This document shows, piece after piece, positions 13,301-25,372 of a stretch of 64,000 nt of DNA (its first letter is position 1; the number at the start of each line of letters is the position of its first letter). Under the pieces are notes generated by a model that worked only from the letters and a program-made list of their open reading frames with translations, was not told the DNA's origin and ran no database searches. The position numbers were made by a program, and so were the translations under genes. Origin of the DNA: Octopus vulgaris. Lineage: Eukaryota. The stretch spans positions 45,508,001-45,572,000 of the forward strand of contig OX597820.1 of NCBI GenBank assembly GCA_951406725.2, in the 5' to 3' direction.

Positions 13301-13554
13301 TAACAAAAATCGTTTATGTTACAAATGTTTGCAGTTGAAGTCTTTACACACGTTACATTTTCACTTTCAAAATGGCTATTTATGTGACGTTGCTCAAGCT
13401 TCAATAGCAATCGAAGCAAAATAAAGTAAAACAGAATCAAAACACAACTGAAAGTACGAAAAGAAGAAAAACTGAAGTTTAGTGAACGATTATCAAATAA
13501 AATAAAAACAATATCCCGAATACATAAATGAGTATTTTCGAACATAGAGATAGT

Positions 13555-13944
13555 CTTCTTAAGCACTCCGTCGGTTACGACGACGAGGGTTCCGGTTGAT
13601 CCGAATCAACGGAACAACCTGCTCGCGAAATTAACGTGTAAGTGGCTGAGAACTCCACAGACACGTGTACCCTTAACGTAGTTCTCGGGAATATTCAGCG
13701 TAACACAGAGAGTGACAAGGCCGGCCCTTTGAAGTACAGGTACAACAGAAACAGGAAGTAAGCGTGAGAGAAAGTTGTGGTGAAAGAGTACAGCAGGGAT
13801 CACCACCATCCCTGCCGGAGCCTCGTGGAGCTTTTAGGTGTTTTCGCTCAATAAACACTCACAATGCCCAGTCTGGAAATCGAAACCGCGATCCTATGAC
13901 CGCGAGTCCGCTGCCCTAACCACTGGGCCATTGCGCCTCCACTC
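13555..13944 (-). mobile_element. Full-length tRNA-derived SINE family C with TSD
   Basis: The minus-strand head ggcgcaatggcccagtggttagggcagcggactcgcggtc...ggtttcgatttcc has pol III A and B boxes. A 12-bp direct repeat catagagatagt flanks it at 13543-13554 and 13945-13956. Confidence 0.85.
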
Positions 13945-15294
13945 CATAGAGATAGTAACAACACAAACAACAGTGGTGACTCTTGCACAGAATCAAACAC
14001 TGAAATCCGTTCACATAATAGTTATGTAAAAAGAAACCGTCCCTTAATAGAAAATGAACAAATAGAATTTCTATATCATCACAGTTGCTAGAAAAAGATA
14101 TAGCAGGGAGAATTTTGAAGCTAATAAAATGGAAAGCAAAGAGAAAAATATCTAGAAATATTATTTCTAAGTTTCTCTAAAGGAGACTACGGCAGCGGTA
14201 CTGAATATTAATAGTTATCGCCAAGCTGGGTTCGGCTGCTCTGCATTGATAAAGGGCAAATACCCTGAAACTAGTCTGCAGGTGCCTGACCAGCAGGGAG
14301 AAGCGGCTGACCTCCCCTGTTCGAAGGTTATAATGGACACAGGTTCGTGTGTAACATAGCTAGCTAGAGGCGATAGCCTCTTGGAGCTAATCAACAGCAG
14401 CTTTCGTCCTATATTTATGGACTGCCATATTAGCTTGGCGATAACTAGAAAAATATCTGTTCTTTCTAAAGGATGGTAGTGGTTTAAATATGTCCTCACG
14501 ACATTAAATGCAAACATTTAAGAACATTTCGAAAGTAAAATGGTAAAAGTAATGGCACTATCAGCTGTACTCTCAAAGTGAATATCCAGGCGAAACACAG
14601 GCTGAAATTGTTAGACATATCTCTGACTATACACTGGTTCCCCAGTACATGGATTAGAGGAATACGAGTGTAACGATAAGAGACTTGGGAAACAACGTTG
14701 ATCCATGGCTAGAAATTACTTTTGTATCGCAGTAAAGGTGGATGATCAAAGAAAGGCTAACTATAAGTGATAATAAGTCAGGTGGCGTCAAAATAGATTT
14801 TCAAATCCTAATGATCCCCGAGTGCAACAAAGCTATACCAGAACAGTGCCCAGTTAAAATCGCCTAGACACGAGTCAAAAGCCAAATTGAGTGTGCAACA
14901 TTGTCTTTTGTGAATGTAGATCTGTGTTTGTATACTACATCAGTTTTGCTTTTGTCATAAATGTTGTTTTGTTGCATCTGGGGCTATTTTGATGTTTCTT
15001 CTGTTACATAGGGCATATGCAATGTGAGTTGTGTTATCTTGTTGTGTATTGATTTTCTTTCATATGTGCTGTGTTATTGGTATTATGCATTTCAATATGG
15101 ACGGTTTTTGTGTAAAGTATGTGATGTGTAGTTTGTATAGCATAAATGAGTTGCGGCAATACAAAATGTGAGTTGTGTAAGCTATTGGTGTTGGCACCTA
15201 TTATCGGTTTTGTTGGAGTGCACAAGTGGCAGTTGATGTTGCATTGTATATGATGTGAGAATTATTTTAGTTAGTTGATGATTATTGTATAGGG

Positions 15295-15536
15295 CAGTGG
15301 TTCTCAACCGGGTTCCACATGGCCCTTGATGTGAGGGTCCATATAAGATTTTGCTGTTAAAATTTATGTAGTAAATACACAAAATATTTTCACAATTTTT
15401 TCCATACAATTCCTAAAAACATTTAATTATAAAAATATAAAGGGTGTTTTTTAAAACAACGAATGTTTATTAGGGTCCAGTAGAGTAAAATAGAAATCAA
15501 AGGGATTCACAGGCAAAAAATGGTTGAGGACCACTG
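15295..15536. mobile_element. hAT-type MITE
   Basis: TIRs cagtggttctcaacc / ggttgaggaccactg, with an imperfect 8-bp TSD gtataggg/ctattggg. Confidence 0.75.
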
Positions 15537-16114
15537 CTATTGGGTATGAGGTGTTTGCGGAGAATGTACTGTTTGAACTATATATGTCATTTGCATATGA
15601 TGTGGGTCGTGTCTAGTAGGGTTATAGTTTGCATAGTGTATAACGTTCTGAGCCCTAATACTGTTTCTATATTTTTGTTCATATTTAACATATCTTATAC
15701 TCCGATTATTACTCTTTTAGTTCTAGCTATTTTGCCTCTTCTTAAAGTAAATTTGGCTCATTTGTCTAATTCCATACATATTTCTATGTCTTGGCTGAAT
15801 TTATGAACAGTTTCTAGTAGATTTTCCAACTTGATATTGTCTCTTGTATATGTCTTCAAATCCTCAATGGAGGATTTGAAGACAAATACAAGCAACTGTA
15901 TCCAACGGCAGATTCCTTCAATGGGATTATTAATTAAGTCAGAGCTAGGCGGAAAATGAGTCTCTCTGGAAGAGTCCTCTTCTTGTGATATAGGAATGTT
16001 TTTGCTTTACCTTGGATTTGTAATGATATTGCTGTTTTCCACTTTGACCTGGAATTGAAGCTGTATTTCGTTAGTAGTGAGACTACTTTATTTCTGAAAT
16101 TTTGGCAAACGGCT

Positions 16115-16302
16115 AACAATTTCCTGGGAGGGCGTGGGTCGATTACATCGAGCCCAGTGTTCAACTGGGACTTGTTTTATAGATCCTGAAAGGATGAAAA
16201 GTAAGATCGACCACTGTGGCATTTGTACTCAGAATGTAAAGTCAGAAGAAATGCCGCTAAGCATTTCGGCTGGTGCGATAACCATTCTGCCATTTCGCCG
16301 CC
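16115..16302 (-). mobile_element. Degenerate SINE family B
   Basis: Reverse-complement similarity to SINE B (cctgaaaggatgaaaag...actcagaatgt). Confidence 0.6.
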
Positions 16303-17078
16303 TTTTTCCCACAAAATAATAATCAGCTCGTTGTATTGTATAGCCGTAAGAACAAGTATATAAGAACATAGTATATTATTATGAAATCTAGTTACAAAAC
16401 CATTAATATTTTGGCTGTGTTATTTTTGTTTTTAGGAATTAATGTCGCTTTCTTCACCGGCATTAAAGTTGATTCTGGTCTGCTTATGAGTTCATTAAAT
16501 TCTGCGGCCATACACCAATGGATATCAACGTTTCAACTAGAATTAGAGAACTTTGTCAATTTCAGACACTATGTTTCCGTTTGCTTGTAACTCTCAACGT
16601 GCTAATGTTTTCTTCGTCGGTTACGATGGACAATGCTTGTGGTGCTTCTATATATTTTCTCTTCTGATCCCTTTTGCATTTTTATCATGTTCATTGTCAT
16701 TGCTCCATATTTCCTCCCAAATACACTTGAACTTCCGTTGATGTTTATGAGTGTGTGTGTATTCTAGTGTTGTGCTATTATTTGTTTCATTCCGTGTGTG
16801 TGTCTAGAGGAGCTTTTTGTGTTTGATTGAAATACTTTATTTTCCAGGAAGAAATGTCCGCATAATTCGAAACGATTTCTTATGCATATTTTCTTTTTGC
16901 TGCTGTACTTTATTTAAACTGTTATTTTGCATTTAAAGAACCTGTCGTTTTTTTTTTTTTTTTCATATTGTAATTTATTATTTGAGACCTTCGTTTCTTT
17001 TTTATGAGGGACCCTTCCTTTCCCATTTCACTAAGTAAGGACAAATTCTCTCTTTTTTTCATCATATATATATATATA

Positions 17079-17790
17079 CTAGATGTACCCACCGTGACAC
17101 CCTGGGTCCACTCCAAGTTGGAAATGTCGATGCACAGCGGGAAAGGGGAAGATACTATTTCGAACCTAATGCAATAAAATTCTTAAATGATACAGTTCTC
17201 CTGCTTTTGATGTGACAACATAAATATGACCAAGTGTTTCTCTGAAAACGTTCAAATGGCCTTCAACTTTTCTTCCTCGCTTTCTTCTTTGCAATTCTTT
17301 GTTACTATTGTTCTATTGTGAAATACATGGGTACTTCAGCATAAAGTAATATTTTTGCAAAGTCATCATTGATGCATAATGAAAACAATTCTGTCAATGT
17401 TGTTCTCATATGTCGTTCATTGTCAGCCATATATATCCTCATTATTTCTAAGCAATATTCTCTGTTTATCTGGTATATGAACTTGCAGTCTTACTATTGC
17501 AGGTGCTCTTTCATGAACCGAAAATCTTAAAATGGATGCAGCTGCTTTGGATGGTCCAATATACCTACCCATTAGATATTGATTAATTTCGTTATCATTG
17601 TTTATTTGAACACCAGCTTGGTCATTTATTTTCAGAGTGTACTTAATTTACTTCACTGAGGCAACGATTTCAATACTGCAGTAGTATTTCGATGCTCTTA
17701 AAAGAGTTTCATTATAAGGTACAACCTATTTGTTGTTTGTTCTTCCATTCTTATAAGATTCAACTCCTCCCATAGCAACCGATCTATAAA
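17079..17790 (-). mobile_element. Helitron remnant: Rep/helicase fragment plus 3' terminus
   Basis: Minus translation NK*VVPYNETLL..IEIVASVK*IKY..NEINQYLMGRYIGPSKAA..FSVHERAPAIVRLQVHIP..RTTLTELFSLCINDDFAKILLYAEVP matches Helitron RepHel motifs. It ends in a GC-rich imperfect hairpin followed by CTAG|T at 17079-17082. Confidence 0.8.
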
Positions 17791-17899
17791 GAAATAGTCT
17801 CTCTGTCTGTTTTTTTTCTGCCTTTTGATTAAGATGACAAAGATTAATATTTTTGATAAAAAATAATTAAGTGCCTGTGTTCCTTGGTGTTTACACTGT

Positions 17900-18677
17900 T
17901 TTGTTTCGGTTTTATTGTTTTATTGTCCCGAAACTGTTCTTATGTATTAAATGTGTGCACTGCCCAGAAGTGCTATTTTCTACATGTTATGCATAGTGGT
18001 AACTCATGGAGTTTTGGCTATGTATTTGTCTGCACGTTTTTTTTACCATTCCAAAAGCACTTATTAAAGGGATTGTTTCTGTATTCAGACCTTCATATTC
18101 GGGTCACCTCTATTTCCAAATCTTTACATTTGGATAATTCCTCCATTTCTTCGAGAGATACATTACCGTATGTTGGTTTGGATACTTTGATTTTAAAGTG
18201 TTTCATATCCTGACTATCGTTGATAACAATATCTGGTCGATTAGTCTCGATCTCTATTTTGTCTTATCGCAGAGAGTAGCAGCCAGAGACAATGTACATT
18301 ATTATTTACTTCCCATCTCTACATATTCTGCCGTTACTTACTGCATTCTGCTTCATTGTATGCTTTTGATGACTCCTGGAGAGAAGAATTGATTTTGAGT
18401 CTCAATCAATCCCTCAGTTTCTTGAGTTTCTCAGCCAGTGTTACAACCTTTCCTTTGCTTTGCTTTCTCGGATATTGGCCGTGTAGAGGCTTTTCATGCC
18501 ACCACTTTGTCCTGGCATTCTGTAACCCCGTTTTATTTTAGATTTTAGCTTTTTCATAGTTTTTGCTGTTGATTCTCCATTTTCTTCAACACTCTGTCAT
18601 TTCAGGCTCTCGTTTGAATTTGATGGCTTCTATAAAGATAGAGACATGGTGTGTGTGTGTGTGTGTGTGTATGTGTG

Positions 18678-18732
<55 letters not shown>

Positions 18733-19300
18733 CGTAGCGATTTATATTATTTTTTTACGATTCTTTACTAGATATTTTTGTAGCATTACATAGAGCACTT
18801 TATAAATAGTTTTCTAGATGCATAAGGTCCTTACTTCTCTTTATTCGTGGCATATATAATCTTCCTGTGCCAGATTTTAGGTGGTGTATTCTAAATACGG
18901 TCATTACTTGTTTTTCTGTTTAATTTTGCTACTTAGCTTTACATTAAATTGAAAATATCAATACTACAATTTATTTTTGGGATAACTAGAGTATCAAAGC
19001 CTGGTAAGTTGATTTTGCATTTAGCTTTGTTTTACGTATTTTTCTAATCCATCTACAATAGTCCTTCCTAATCTTTTCTTTCATCTCTTTGTGCTACACA
19101 CTGTAGTTCATTAATTTTTAAGTATTTATATGTCTGTATTTAGTCTAATCTTATATGTCCCAGTTCTATGCGTGTTGCTTCTATGCTTATAACCCTCGAT
19201 GATTGTTCAAATGCTCTGTTCATTGTTTTGAGCAAATTTTCCGTGGTATTTTCTTCGCTGCCTAAATTATTGTCCAGTATTTTTCTACTTCTTCTACCGT
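17900..19300 (-). mobile_element. Degenerate RLE-type (R4/Dong-like) non-LTR retrotransposon fragment
   Basis: Minus translation ..IVSGC (CCHC knuckle remnant) then ETNRPDIVINDSQDMKHFKIKVSKPTYGNVSLEEMEELSKCKDLEIEVTRI, a restriction-like endonuclease motif, at 18095-18350. Outer boundaries are approximate. Confidence 0.65.
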
Positions 19301-19432
19301 TGGTGCTGCATTAATTTAAATCTTTACTTTCACAAAGTTCTTGGTAAATTGTTTGGAGTTTGGAGTCATCATCATCGACAAAACGAAAACCATAGCACAC
19401 TTATGTAATATCTTCTGTTTTCTTTTGTAAAG

Positions 19433-19596
19433 GAAACGGCACAGTTGCTTTGGAGATATTGCAAGAGTTACCGGACGTGAACACAATAATAATACCATAT
19501 GGAGGAGGTGCTCTTTCTTCCGGTATGGGCACTGCCGTTAAAGTTTTGAAACCGGATGTTAATATCTACACCAGTGAAGTTGATACCTCACCACAG
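19433..19596 (+). CDS. Serine racemase/threonine dehydratase-family enzyme, exon 3
   Basis: AG acceptor at 19431-19432. Encodes (G)NGTVALEILQELPDVNTIIIPYGGGALSSG (glycine-rich PLP phosphate loop)..EVDTSPQ. GTAAAT donor at 19597, phases consistent. Confidence 0.95.
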
Positions 19597-19619
19597 GTAA
19601 ATTTTAGAACTATTTTGAT

Positions 19620-19657
<38 letters not shown>

Positions 19658-19754
19658 TTGTGTGTGTGTGTGTGTGTTTGTGTACTTTTCTCCTTTGCGT
19701 CGATTACTTACAACCGCGATAATTCGACCTGAAGTAAAGGTATATCTAAATATA

Positions 19755-20463
19755 TGTAGTGTATCTTGCAGGCATGAAGTGGATTCGATCCACCATAGCC
19801 AAATTTAAATGAACAGTTCAACAGAACTTTTCTCACGGTGGAACAATGGTTTTTTTCAGTGACACCAGTTTTACATATGCCAGATGCCTTTAGCTAGGCC
19901 GAAATAATGTCTTCGCCACTTGACTCTTATAACCTCTTCTACTTCACCAAAAACTAGAATAGAGATATCACAGTACCACCAACGAAGCCCATTGTTCTCA
20001 ACGATATGTCTCTCCTTCTGGATAGTTATAAAAGCAAGAACCCCAAGAAAGAATTAGTGACTTGGTGACAAGTGAGTTAGTCGGCTCGTGACAACTCAGT
20101 CAGTTAATGAATGACAAACTCGAGTCAGAGACAGCTACCATCAGTTAGGGAGCAGAATGCTTGAACCATAATCCAAAGCAAAGCAGCTACTAAAGACAAT
20201 GGTCAAATGGAGAAATGAAATTTACTGTCAGCAGCTATGGGACTCAACTTCCCACACCCTCTCACTTTGTCTTCTCTGCACATTACCACATCTTTATCTG
20301 TGGTTTACTACTACAATACGGACATACAGGCCGAAATTAACTTTTTTTTTAATTCGCACGCTCTAGGATTTTATTCACCTGCCCATCGAGGCAAGGTATA
20401 TTCGATGTAACGGTAAATAAATATTTTCTTCACACCTTCAACCACTGTTCTTTCATCTTTACA
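19755..20463 (+). mobile_element. LTR-like repeat (TGTA...TACA)
   Basis: TG..CA termini, internal AATAAA near 20416, and a following taaTGG (possible PBS). An independent diverged copy lies at 1-664. Confidence 0.55.
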
Positions 20464-20670
20464 TAATGGCCATCAACGAAGAACCAATCCTTACACACTA
20501 ATTACGGCTCTGACATTCCATCCTACTATGTATCGACTATCGTAGGATATTCCCAGAAATATCTGTAAGACTGGATTTTTTTCCAATAATAATAATGTAT
20601 ATGATTTGAGATGTTTGACTTGCCTTAACGCTTGTTGTCCTCTTTAACAATGATATATATATATATATAT

Positions 20671-20759
20671 GGGTCCAGCAGGTTTTGGGAATCTGACGAT
20701 ACGCCATAAAAATAAACTCCTTATGGGCGAGAAACCTATGGTAATCCCATAAACTGACC
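20671..20759 (+). ncRNA. Type I hammerhead ribozyme-like motif
   Basis: CUGACGA (20693-20699), stem II cgccauaa/uuaug(g)gcg, GAAA (20731-20734), stem III ACC-uau-GGU, predicted cleavage after GUA at 20743, and an imperfect stem I uuuugggaau/aucccauaaa. Confidence 0.6.
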
Positions 20760-20766
20760 TTCCCCA

Positions 20767-20805
<39 letters not shown>

Positions 20806-20809
<4 letters not shown>

Positions 20810-21650
20810 GTGATCTAATCAATAAATATCCGGACTGTTGTATAGTAATGAAGAGTGAAGGCTTTGGGAACAATTTGACCTTGAAATCTGCTGTGCATGC
20901 GCACTAAGTTCCAACGCTCTAGCTCACTTACACTGTTTACAGTAGTGCTTAGAAGGATGGTGTGTAGTGTGTGGTCGTTGCATTGACTATGACAGAGAAA
21001 GCTGAGCAGAGAATTTGTGTCAAATTTTGCCAAAAGCTTGGCGATACCTACTCAGAACCCTTCGCAAAGTTTTCATCGTTCTTGACACAATCAAGGAGAT
21101 TTTGTGCAACTGAAACCCGAGTGTCATTTGGGTCAGCTGAAAGCAGTTTTGGCACAAAATTGGCAGACAGTGATAATAGACTGAACTGAACCGTAACTAA
21201 TCTGCACATCTTCTGGCAACTCACAGATAGTGATTCGACGATTTCTCCTCACAGCTGTACGCACATCTGCGATGTTTTTCTCAATTCTGCTATGGATCTC
21301 CCAGAACGTTTCTCTATATCGACATTTTTTCGACCATCTTGCGAACGTCTGAACTACTTGCATGCTTGTGTGCGGTTCATAACTCCTCTCCATACACTTT
21401 CTGCAAGTTGAGCAGGCCTCTGAACAGATATCGCTATGACAACTTTCTCTGTCATGGTCAATGCGACGATCAGATGCTACACACCTTCCTTCCAAGCACT
21501 GCTGTAAACAGCGGAAGAGAGCTAGAACGTTAAAACTTAGTGCGCATCGACAGCAGAGTACAAGGTCAATATGTGCCAAGCAGCTTCACTCTGCGTGTCT
21601 TAGCTTTGTTACTATAGCAACAGTCCGGGTATTTATTGATCATACCTCGT
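20806..21650. mobile_element. Mariner-derived foldback element made of two 5' ends
   Basis: Inverted arms of about 190 bp, each containing a TIR, 5'UTR and the start MTEK. The + arm encodes MTEKAEQRICVKFCQKLG; the - arm encodes LQKVYGEE..FRRSQDGRKNVDIEKRSGR. Confidence 0.8.
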
Positions 21651-22152
21651 ATAGATGTGTGTGTATGTGTATTACGAGTTACGTAAGATGTTCTGATTGA
21701 CTTAGAAACACATGTAGTCTGAATGTACCTTTTCCATTCCTTATACCTTTCAGTTTGTGTGCATAATTAACAACCTTCGTTACCAAACTAAGAGTTTTAT
21801 AGCAGCAGTCGTCATATTGAAATTTCCATCTATTTTGATATGGGAGAAAATGCATGTCATACGCCGATTGATATGCTTTGTTGATCGAATAGTATCCGCT
21901 TTTTGTTATCTATACAAGTCAGTTGATGTTTATTAACTTCCTGTGCCAAGATCTTTTCTGATCGCACTACTATATCACTACATGCACACACACACACACA
22001 AAGAGAAAAGAAACTTGTTGACTACTTAAAACGTAACAGAGTACGTATAAAATCAGTGTGCTATAGAAAGCAATAGCATGCCCCTCCTCTCAAAATTGTT
22101 GGCCTCGTGTCAAGATGAGATAGAATCATTATTATCATCATCATCATCATTA

Positions 22153-22742
22153 AGGTGGCGAGCTGGCAGAAACGTTAGCACGCCGGGCGAAATGCATAGT
22201 CGTATTTCGTCTGCTGTTACGTTCTGAGTTCAAATTCCGCCGAGGTCGACTTTGCCTTTCATCCTTTCGGGGTCGATTAAATAAGTACCAGTTACGCACT
22301 GAGGTCGATATAATCGACTTAATCCGTCTGTCTGTCCTTGTTTGTCTCTTTGTGGGTAGTAAATAAATATGTATTTCGTCCGTGTGAACGTTCTGAGTTC
22401 AAATTCCGCCGAGGTCGACTTTGCCTTTCATCCTTTCGGGGTCTAATAAATAAGTACCAGTTGCGCACTGGGGTCGATGTAATCGAGTTAATTCCTTTGT
22501 CTGTCCCTTCTGAGTATAGCCCCTTGTGGGCAGTAAAGAAATGGATATTTTGTTCGTCTTTATGTTGTGAGTTGAAATTCCGGCGAGGTCGACTTTGCCT
22601 TTCAGCCTTTCGGGATCGATAAATTAAGTATCACTTGGGTACTGGGGTCGATGTAATCGACTTGACACCTCCCCCAAAATTTCAGACCTTGTACCTTTAG
22701 TAGAAAGCATTGTTATTGTTGTTACTATTTTTATTATTATTA
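22153..22742 (+). mobile_element. SINE family B with a triplicated internal module
   Basis: One head, then the module gttcaaattccgccgaggtcgactttgcc...ggggtcgatgtaatcgactt at ~22221, ~22390 and ~22564, then a TTA/GTT-rich tail. Confidence 0.85.
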
Positions 22743-22751
22743 CTCTTTCAG

Positions 22752-23092
22752 GTTTATGAATGTCAAAAAGCTGGAAAAGCCGTGCCATGCAAATACACGC
22801 CCAATTTTGTGACGGTATCGGAGGACGTGGCTGCATGCTTCCCGTGTGGAAAGTTGCAAGAAAGGTAATCGATGACACGATAGTGGTCAGTACAAGAGAT
22901 ATAGCCGATGCTATCAAGTTATTAGTGGAGAGTAATTATGTAATCACAGAAGGAGCCGGTGCATCTTCAGTCGCAGCGGCCATGGCAGCAAAGGAAAAAC
23001 TCTCGGGAAATGTTGTGTGTGTGGTTACAGGAGGAAACATTGACAACAAGAAATTGCTTCAGGTTTTGCGAGGGGAAATCCCGACAGATTAA
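22752..23092 (+). pseudogene. Enzyme exon 4, copy 1 (1-bp frameshift as assembled)
   Basis: 341 nt versus 342 nt in copy 2. The T4 run at 22805-22808 (T5 at 34374-34378) breaks PNFCDG. This could be a homopolymer sequencing error. Confidence 0.6.
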
Positions 23093-23362
23093 TGAGTTCT
23101 GTTATCAATTTCGTTCTTTCTGTGAAAAGCATGTTGCGATAAATTTTGCTAGAATGATAAAGAGGAGTGTTTTAAAAAATTATTCATAGCCTCAAATAGT
23201 TCCTGTGGACTATTTGGTATTTGAACTTATATATTGAAATTGGAATCGAGGAACAGTGAAAAGCTTGCCTAGAGCGGACTTTGCTTTATACATCTTCCAT
23301 CATTGTAAGAATTTTTGAGGAATTAAAATCATCAAATTTAAACAAATTTCTGTTTTCAATTT

Positions 23363-23368
23363 AATAAA
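23363..23368 (+). promoter_or_regulatory. Candidate polyadenylation signal of the enzyme gene
   Basis: First AATAAA about 270 nt after the stop; the copy-2 equivalent is 34933-34938. Confidence 0.35.
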
Positions 23369-23639
23369 TTTAAAAAGAGTGGGGGAGAAAGGAGAGTGAG
23401 CAGTAAGAGGGAGAAATGGGCAGACAGATAGATAGATAGGAAGGGGGAAGAAAAAATTAGAGCAAAAGGGAGACTACTCGTGATATGTATGTTGATTTTA
23501 GATTTCTCTATCCTGAGATTAGTCGGAGAAAAAAGAAAAAAGTCACTTAAATCTATTTCACATGCTAACGATATTGGATTGGTAAAACCATTGGAGCATT
23601 GAATAAAATACCTCGTGCTATATCTTCCGGTTCATTACA

Positions 23640-23900
23640 TTGTTTGCTTGCTTGAAATGGGCTGGGTTCCCAGAGACGTCATCATGCACAGAGCCGGCCA
23701 GGTCCACCAGTGCTCTCTATTGCTGGCGTTCATGTGCCAGCCTCTCGACATCCTCCAAAGTGACGTTGAACCTCTGGAGATCTGATGCGGGGCCTGTCAC
23801 GAGGCTTCTTTCAGCCCACATCTGCTGCGTCGAATGAGAATAAAGCCCTGGTAGGATGATCTAGCAGGGAGACGGAGGACATATCCGTACCAACTCAGGT
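23640..23900 (-). mobile_element. RTE LINE ORF2 3' fragment
   Basis: Minus translation LSWYGYVLRLP..DHPTRALF..*KKPRDRPRIR..LEDVERLAHERQQ*RALV matches the RTE C-terminal pattern. Duplicate near 35214-35475. Confidence 0.7.
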
Positions 23901-24099
23901 ATCTTTTCCGTCCTTTCGGGTCGATTAAGTACCAGTCAAGTGCTGGAGTCGATGTAAATAAAATTGCTGACATTTAGCCAAATTAGAACTAATACTTTCT
24001 TATTATTATTGATTAGAAACCTTCGTTAACACTGACCTTAATCGCACATTATATACCAGCTCTCCCATTGTATAACAACTTGAGATTATCAACTGTTCC

Positions 24100-25372
24100 T
24101 GTAGGGCTCAGCTTCAACTAACCAATGACCACTGAACTTAGTATACTATAACTACGCTGAGAAGCAGCTGCAATAGACGATACATTAAACTGAACATCAG
24201 CCAAGTCAATACATTACATTTAACAGTGACTGCATCGGTAGGAGATGATTTAAACTGAGCAGTGGCATGTCCTGTAGATCATAACTGACACTCAGCTGCA
24301 GCAGCTGTTTCGATGGGTAATGACCTAAACTGATTAGTAGTAGGTAGCCCTAATGAGTCATAATTTAAACTAAGCAGTGACTGCCTCAACAAATCATTAT
24401 TGGAAATGAGCAGAAACAGGTCGACAGGCTACAACCTTAAATGAGTAGCACACATTAATAAATCATAGTCTGAACCGAGTTGTTGCATGCTATATAGGCC
24501 ATTACCTAAACTAATAACAGTTTTGATAGTTGATTATGATTTTCTTTCAGTAGCTGTTCCAATAGGGCCAATTGTTAACTGAGCAGCAGATTTCTCTAGA
24601 TCATGATCAAATTAACTAGTGGCTATTTCAACAAGCTATAAACTGAACTGGACATTTGTTGCCTAAGTAGGTCAGATTCTAAATTGAGCAACATATCATA
24701 CTCTTAAATGAGCATCAACTTCAATGCTATTATCTTAGATGAGCAGTAGAATCTTTGGTTATGCTAGCTTAAACTAAGCAGTAGCAGCTGCAAGAGGTTT
24801 ATAATCCAAACTGAACTGTGAATCTCAGTAGGTCATAATTCCAACAAAGCTTCTGCATGCTATGTTGTTCATTGTTTACACTGACCAGCAGGTCTTAGTA
24901 CAGAAACTGAGGAGTAACAAGGTAGGTCAGGACCAACTGGTATAAGAAGTTACAATTTAAAATGAGAAGCAGGTTTCAGTAGGTCAGAATATAAACTGAG
25001 CAGAAAGCCTCAGTAGGTCATAATATAAACTGAACTGCAGTGATTCAGTAAATCAGGAAATCTGAGCGGCAAGACTTTGTGGGCTGTAAAATAAACTGAA
25101 CAGAAGCTGCATAAGTAAATTACAATTCAGATTGAACAGCTGCCACCTTGATAAAACTCTAAATTAAGCAGCTTGTCATAATCTGAGAGATCAACTTCTG
25201 TATGCCATAATATGAGAAACTGGTCAATCTTCTGAGCAATGATTATCCCAATAAGTCACAAGGTAAACTGGGTAGTTGTCTCTGTGTGTAGGCTTTAAAT
25301 TGAGCTAAAGCTTACACACAGCATAATTTTAAAACTGAGCAGCATCAGCTTAGGTGGGTAATAGTTTGAACC
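24100..25372. repeat. Degenerate ~28-36-bp tandem array, block 1
   Basis: Recurring core CAGTAGGTCATAATYTAAACTGAGCAG; roughly 35-40 units estimated from block length. Confidence 0.75.

Noticed and set aside
13880-13940. tRNA gene
   Set aside because: It is a tRNA-like head continuous with a SINE body and flanked by a TSD; the same applies to the SINE A and B heads.
20505-20575. Additional hammerhead (ctgacat..atcctac/gtaggat..gaaa..gta)
   Set aside because: The core lacks G8-A9 and stem I barely pairs; at best a decayed relic.
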